Shown here: positions 58,135 through 64,000 of the stretch, piece by piece | How the letters are laid out: each line of letters begins with the position of its first letter | Numbering within the stretch: position 1 is the stretch's first letter | DNA from: Macrostomum hystrix | Taxonomy: Eukaryota; Animalia; Platyhelminthes | NCBI GenBank assembly: GCA_950097015.1 | Contig: CATNEN010000011.1 | Coordinates: 5,394,001-5,458,000 of the forward strand | Direction: 5' to 3' | DNA: 64,000 nucleotides | Translations under genes and position numbers: made by a program | The notes under the pieces: generated by a model | What the model saw: the letters and a program-made list of their open reading frames with translations, nothing else | What the model was told of the DNA's origin: nothing | Database searches by the model: none

Positions 58135-58372
58135 TCTGACATCCCACTGCTACATCTGACACCTTGATGCTTCCCCGACACATACCCTGACACCATTGCC
58201 TCACCTAACCCCCCAGTGCTTCCCCTGACACCCCAGTGCTTCCCCTGACACCCCAGTGCTTCCCCTGACACCCCAGTGCTTCCCCTGACACCCCAGTGCC
58301 TCCCCTGACACCCTGCTGCCTCACCTGACACCCCAGTGCCTCCCCTGACACCCTGCTGCCTCACCTGACACC
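58135..58372. repeat. 20-bp repeat CTGACACCCCAGTGCTTCCC
   Basis: Direct reading; a related array CTGACACCCCAATGCCTCTA lies at about 56120-56212. Confidence 0.85.
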
Positions 58373-59076
58373 CGACGATAGTAATCATTCATTATAATTT
58401 TTCCTAGCTTTCATCTTGTATTTGTAATGTACGAGCGTACATTCGCTTAATTTAACACAATTTAATTTGTTTAGTTTTGTTTGCTTTTTCAAAAAATCAA
58501 TTTCCAGTATTTCAGAAAAGACTTGACTATCTTGATTTGATCCTAAAGAAGCTAAGTACAGGTTTTTCATATGTTATTTTATATACTCTACTAGGAGTAA
58601 ATTATAGACAAAAAGTACTATATACTTTATGCTTCACGTCGTGCACATTATTATATTCTTCATGTCGTCTGTAACTTTTCGATTGAAAAATCTGTTTTGT
58701 TTAAATAATTTTGAAAAAGAAATTTTTCTACATTAGAATCCTGCAAATGCTTGAATTTGGATTCACATTTTTTTACTTTTCCTTATGCAGTTCTGTTTGT
58801 GCTTTTGTATATTTACAATTTACATTTTTTAGAAACAAAACCAATGTGTAACAAAGTTTGTATGTGTCAGTTGTAATAACTAACAAATTATTTGAATATA
58901 TTTATATTATAGCGAAATAGCGAAAGCGTTGCAAAATGAATACAAACGTAACTACGTTTCCGTTTTAAATTATTTAATTGGCAAACAGTTTTGCATTAAG
59001 AAAATAATTTGTTGTATAGTTGAATGCAGTGCACATTAGCCATTTTTTCAGCGTCACCAACATCAGATGTTCTTGT

Positions 59077-59505
59077 TTAAACTGGGTTGACGTTTGATAA
59101 ATGGTTCATTTCGTCAGTGCTTTGGCCCGGCTGCTGCTGCTGCTGCTGCTGCTGCTGCAGTGTTAGAGCCAGTAAACGCAGTTGTTCAGCATACGAGTAG
59201 GCAAATGGCTGTTCAACTTGTTGAAATTCCATCATTGTCATATTGGAAGGCCAAGGCACCAGTGACTGTTCAGCAGGATCTGTTGCTAGGGCTGCTGCTG
59301 CTGCTGCCGCGGCAGTCTCCGCGTGCTGCCTTCGTCTCGACTTGGCCCGACGATTCTGAAACCAGATCTTCACCTGACAGGGTGACAGGCCGAGGCTAGC
59401 AGCCAGTTGATCTCGATCTTGCCGAGTGACATAGTCTGATTGGCTGTAGGCGGATTCCAATGCTCTGGTTTGATTGGCTGTGAAATTGCTGCGAGAGCGG
59501 TGATG

Positions 59506-59548
<43 letters not shown>

Positions 59549-59667
59549 GTTGGCTTCGAAGTCTGGCTTGGATCATTGCGGACTGCGTCATGTTTGATAA
59601 TGTTGCGGCTAGACGACGGTGATGTCCGCTCAAAGCCTGTCTGCTCATGATTGCTGTCTGTAGACAT
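59077..59667 (-). CDS. Intronless homeobox transcription factor (ANTP class, NK-like/Dlx-like, divergent)
   Basis: Homeodomain RRSRSNFTANQTRALESAYSQSDYVTRQDRDQLAASLGLSPCQVKIWFQNRRAKSRR (Q50, N51) with poly-Q and poly-A tracts. Likely ATG at 59667 (MSTDSN). Confidence 0.82.
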
Positions 59668-59900
59668 ATTTAAGAAAAGGCTATGTTGTATGTGTGTGCA
59701 GTGAATATAATATTTCCCAATTTTCCTATTGATGGTTTGCACGTGCTAAGCAATTGACAACTTGGTGAACTATTCAATATTTCAAAGTTGTTTGCTTGCT
59801 ATATCCATTATACCCGTCGTTTTAGCCGTTTCCTACTCGTACATTATTTTTGTCTAAAACTTGATCTCTCAGGATATTAATAGGGGATGAATATAATTGG

Positions 59901-60092
59901 ACTCGTGTAAATCTGCCCCGATCTCATCATCGTCAGGCAGTGTGCGCTGTCACTGTCCCTTCGAGGTTCGCCCTCAAGGGCGTGAATTGCACGACAAGCC
60001 CCCAAGCCAGATGAATGTGGCCTCGCCACGGAATCGAGCTCAATGACCTTAGTGCGAGAGGTAAACGCGTTAGACCGCCCTGTCGCTCACCC
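59901..60092 (-). mobile_element. tRNA-derived SINE family 1, copy E (intact head, 3' truncated)
   Basis: Minus strand reads GGGTGAGCGACAGGGCGGTCTAACGCGTTTACCTCTCGCACTAAGGTCATTGAGCTCGATTCCGTGGCGAGG, with A-box-like and B-box-like motifs. Confidence 0.78.
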
Positions 60093-61295
60093 CCTTCATA
60101 AATATCTTACCACAATGGTCTGACAGATGTTGCTGCTGTTGCTGCTGCGAAATCTTTGACGTCAGAAACGGCGCCGCCTTTCGTTTGTCTTCCGATAGCA
60201 GACTCTCAACTGTGAACAGGCCGGGCATGTCTTGGAGATGACAAGCTGATAGAGTGATTCAACTATGATTGACAGCAATTCAACTCGCTGCTCTAGTTTT
60301 CATTTCTCAGATTTTTATATCGCGGAACAACGCAAACTCGGTCCCTCAGTCATTGGATGCGGTACACGGCAGACAAATCAAAACTATTCCACTTCATCAG
60401 CCGATCATTAGAAATCTGATCAAAGAAAATTTTCTGTGAGTTTTGGCAGGTGTCCACAGTAACCAAGCATCTGATGAAATTATCCTCCATTTTTTAAAGT
60501 GGATCATGGAAGCGCAGAGTGAGAGAGTGACAGCAGTTGCACTCTCCCCCCCAGACTGAAAGAAAGCTTTTTTTCTTGGGAACAATATTGGTCTGGACCG
60601 TGACTGTATTATATCCCATTTCTTTAATTGTTTTCCCCTTGCTGAGAACCGAACTAGCGTGAGAATGGCCTCTTCACGTTTCTCTTTTATTGTCGTCTAA
60701 GCGGCGACCGAAACCGGACTCGCCACGTGCGGTCCGAGATAATTGGTGTGGAGCGTGTGTGGTCCAATCAGTGAGCCCCCTGCCATCGAAAGGGCTCCCT
60801 GTACAATGGCCACTATCTCGGCTGCTTGATCGGATCAGCGGGTGGCACATTGTTGTTGTAGGGATGCGTAGTTCAATCTCTAATATGGTTCTCAAGATCC
60901 TTGATTTGAGCAGAAATTGTGTTGTTTGTTTGCTCAAGTGGCTTTCAAAGATTTTTATTCTCTGGAACAAAAAAATAACAATCACAGAGTTGAAGTATCG
61001 TGGGCCTCAAGTCGGGACAGGTTTTTAGCGACTAGCAACGAACAGACTTTTACCGAGCTACTAGAGTAAATTCTGCCCTATTCCACTGACTTCTTCATCG
61101 TGTGTCTTCTAACTCGATAATAAGCAGCTAGTTATTGAAAGTTGACTCTGCTGAGAAAGTTTTACGGTACTTCTTATAATTTCTCACGGAAATTTTTTAC
61201 AATGCAATCAAAACTGTTAGAACATGCGGGCACCTACATGTGATTTTTTGCTTCGGCCTTCATTACGTTTGCCACCATCATCAATGGACCAAGCA

Positions 61296-61614
61296 TGGGT
61301 GGGTGGCAGAGCGGTCTAACGCGTTTGCCTCAACAACAACAACAATGTCCCTGTGTCCCTGTCCCGATTCCGCGGCGAGGCCACATTCATTTTGGGCGCG
61401 GATAGAAGGCTTGGTGGCTTGACGTGCAATTTACGCCCTTGAGGGCCGCCAAGGCACAGTTCGAGTGTACACTGCCTGACGATGAGAAAGTCAGGGCAGA
61501 TGTACACACCTGTGTGTGTGTGTGTGCCTGCGTACAGTATTCGTGTGCTTGTGTGCTCAGGAGTCAGTGAAATGGACAGAATTGCCTCCTCGCGGCTGGG
61601 GGTCGACTGTCACC
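61296..61614 (+). mobile_element. tRNA-derived SINE family 1, copy F
   Basis: GGGTGGGTGGCAGAGCGGTCTAACGCG head, central hairpin, and 3' ATTGCCTCCTCGCGGCTG...TGTCACC. Confidence 0.8.
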
Positions 61615-62551
61615 AGATGATGTGTCATCGCCCGCGGCCCTCCTGCAGTTATTATTATTGTTGAATGGACCAACCTGTCTTTTACTTATTAGTATATAGT
61701 ATTATGTAGAATACTACATAGCCTAAATTCACAATAACACTCTAACATTAATCTGTTATGCCGAGTTCCACCCAGTTGTCTCATTGTCTGTCTCTTGTCC
61801 AGCTCTTTCTGTAAATGCATTCGCGCCAGACTCTGAATAAATGAAAATGTACTCATCTCTCAGTTCAAGGCTTCATTCTCTAGAAAACTGAGGAATGGTT
61901 TCTAGAAATAGAAAAATATGCTTATTTAAAAGAATCAAGAATATTTTACACACGCGTTGTGTGGGCGAGAAACGCGGAAAAGCTTTGGTTTGAAGGGCCT
62001 TATACACATGATGGCGGTGTTTAACTGCACAAAACAAAAGAATTGCCGATTAGGAGGAGAGAGAAATGCGAGAGACGGGCGTTCACCCGCTGTTCGAAAA
62101 AAAGAGAGGGAAAGCAGTAGAAAGGCATGTGGCTGGTTGGTTATTAAGCATTGCAAATTGTTTGTTTGGCTCACAAAATAAGACTGGGGGTTGGCTTGGG
62201 GCAAATCTCTCTGAGTCCAAAGTTGCTGCTGCTGCTCAATATTACTCGTAGAATTCCAGTCAACGCCCTCTACAGGTTTTTGCTTTCTGCATACGTACGT
62301 AATACATCTCTTTCTGGTCCAAACCATTTCTAAGTGTGTGATGCGAGAGTAAAGGCTCGCGTCTTCATCTCTTTCCATTCAGTATATGATTGCTATTTAG
62401 CTCTGGGCAGAGAGGCTGGAGGGGTGGTTGGAAAAAACAGATGAAAAGGGCGATGTCTAGCTCAGAAAATAGAACTGAGCTGCTTTTAGGAGGCCGACTT
62501 TGCTGCTGCTTGAAACAGACAGATTCAAACTCTGTTAAAAAAACCAATTAG

Positions 62552-62639
62552 ATCAGGAGGATAATGGTGCTCACAAACAAGGAGGCGTCGTTTGTAATTC
62601 ACGCGACTGGTCAGGGCAATCCGGAGGTGAAAATCACAG
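62552..62639 (+). CDS. Filamin-repeat protein, exon
   Basis: Translates ...VLTNKEASFVIHATGQGNPEVKIT with donor ACAG|GTGAGG (phase 1). The 5' boundary is uncertain. Confidence 0.55.
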
Positions 62640-63088
62640 GTGAGGATGATGTCACAGCATCTTACATTGTTATTAGCGCGACTAAAACAACTATAATACG
62701 AGTAGATTATTTATTAGATAACAGACTAATTGTGTGTGTGTGTCCAGCGCTATAGTCAGGTGAGCTCTATCCTTATTATTTTAACTTTTATTAACGTTTG
62801 TCTCATTATAATTACAATATCGGTAATCAATAGCCTAATTTACATACCCTTTGTTTGTCTCACAAGCTGTTCGCTGTTCAATTAACTACTTAATCTAGTC
62901 TTTGTAGCACCTAATACAATAATAAAGAGCAATTGTAGCTCATCAGAGGACGTTTTCAACGCAAAACAATCAACCTCACCAATCAACAAAGCACTTCAGG
63001 CCCAGTGCTGTCATGCCAAGGTAAGGTAAGTCTATTGTTATCCGAGTCTTGTCTAGTGCTTTTCTAAGAAACACCGGACCACCCGCAG

Positions 63089-63313
63089 ATCCCAGCGGCA
63101 GGCTGGTCGACTTCAAGCGACAGACGCGAGGCAACGGCCTGGAGATCCGATGGACACCCAGGGTCAATGGGCCCCACCAAATTCGAGCCATTGGCCCGAA
63201 CGGGCAGACAATGCCGGGCTATCCGGCCACGGTGAATGCGTACGATCCCAGGCAGGTGCGAGTGCTGCAGAAAACCCATCCGGCTCGACTGTCTGAGCCC
63301 GTACACTTTGAAG
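63089..63313 (+). CDS. Filamin-repeat protein, exon
   Basis: Acceptor CCCGCAG|AT; (D)PSGRLVDF...IRWTPRVNGPHQIRAI...PGYPATVNAYDPRQVRV...PVHFE; donor GAAG|GTCAGA. Confidence 0.75.
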
Positions 63314-63540
63314 GTCAGATCCGAGTTAGGCCTTGAGAAGCTCAGTTGAAATTTTACTTTGGACTAAATCGTTACATTGTTCGTTATTAATCGTATTAAC
63401 TTTCTTGGACGGAGCCTTGTGTGTCATTGTGCATTTATTCTACTTCGCTAGACCAATATTTTAAAGGCCAACTACTATTAGTAGAGCAATCAGTTCTGTA
63501 AGGCGTCTGACTGTCCAATTAAGGTCTAGGGACAAACTCC

Positions 63541-63653
63541 AAGGCACAGTGACATTCTACACTGCCTGACGATGAGAAAGTCAAGGCAGGTGTACACACC
63601 TGCGTGAGTGTGTGCTCAATGGTCAGCGGAATGGGCAGAATTGCCTCCTCGCT
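63541..63653 (+). mobile_element. SINE family 1 fragment, copy G
   Basis: ACACTGCCTGACGATGAGAAAGTCAAGGCAGGTGTACACACC...ATTGCCTCCTCGCT. Confidence 0.75.
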
Positions 63654-63809
63654 TCGATGTCAGTAAAGTTGGCACCCATTCAACAGCAGTGCGAACTGAA
63701 GCACCGAACTGAAATTTTTATGAGTGGAGTTGGGAATCGAATTTCCGACCTCCAGGTCGTGAGTCTGTAGCTCTAATCTATAGGCTACAACCGCTGCCTC
63801 TCATTTCAG

Positions 63810-64000
63810 TGGATACCTACGAAGCGGGTTCTGGCCAGCTGTCCGCAACAGCCGAGAACCTTGTCACCCGCGACATCATGGACGTAGACTGCAACCTCAA
63901 AGCGCCTTACATCTACGACCTCGTGTTTACTCCGCTGACTGAGGGCGAGCACGAGCTGCAGGTGTGCCTCAACGGGGAACTCGTGCCGACTAGACTGCGC
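63810..64000 (+). CDS. Filamin-repeat protein, exon (runs off the window)
   Basis: Acceptor CATTTCAG|TG; (V)DTYEAGSGQLSATAE...YDLVFTPLTEGEHELQVCLNGELVP is a typical filamin Ig repeat and is in phase with the previous exon. Confidence 0.78.

Noticed and set aside
59901-60092. tRNA gene
   Set aside because: The acceptor stem and cloverleaf are poor and the sequence continues into a body shared by seven dispersed copies, so it is a SINE head.

Overview
Eukaryotic, invertebrate genomic DNA with GT-AG introns and many satellites and SINEs. The gene content and the chloride-channel type suggest a flatworm, possibly Macrostomum-like; this is inference. From 5' to 3' the window holds: (1) three intronless, tandem, same-strand HOIP/RNF31-like zinc-finger genes (0.6-10.6 kb) with shuffled domain orders. 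The only one with RING2+LDD has Tyr at the catalytic Cys position, and the other two lack RING2/LDD. (2) A Cys-loop anion-channel (GluCl-like) locus (20-43 kb) with TWO paralogous large first exons (signal peptide+ECD+TM1+TM2). Both end at the identical phase-2 donor, but only ONE TM3-TM4 exon is visible, which suggests a protocadherin/UGT1A-like variable-plus-constant exon design. (3) A 3-exon TRIM-NHL gene, an intronless divergent homeobox gene on the minus strand, and exons of a filamin-repeat gene running off the end. Much of the rest is tandem repeat (11-31 bp units), plus seven copies of one tRNA-derived SINE, a full-length second SINE and several MITE-like elements. Coordinates were read by eye, so repeat boundaries are approximate. 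Family assignments come from remembered motifs, not database searches.
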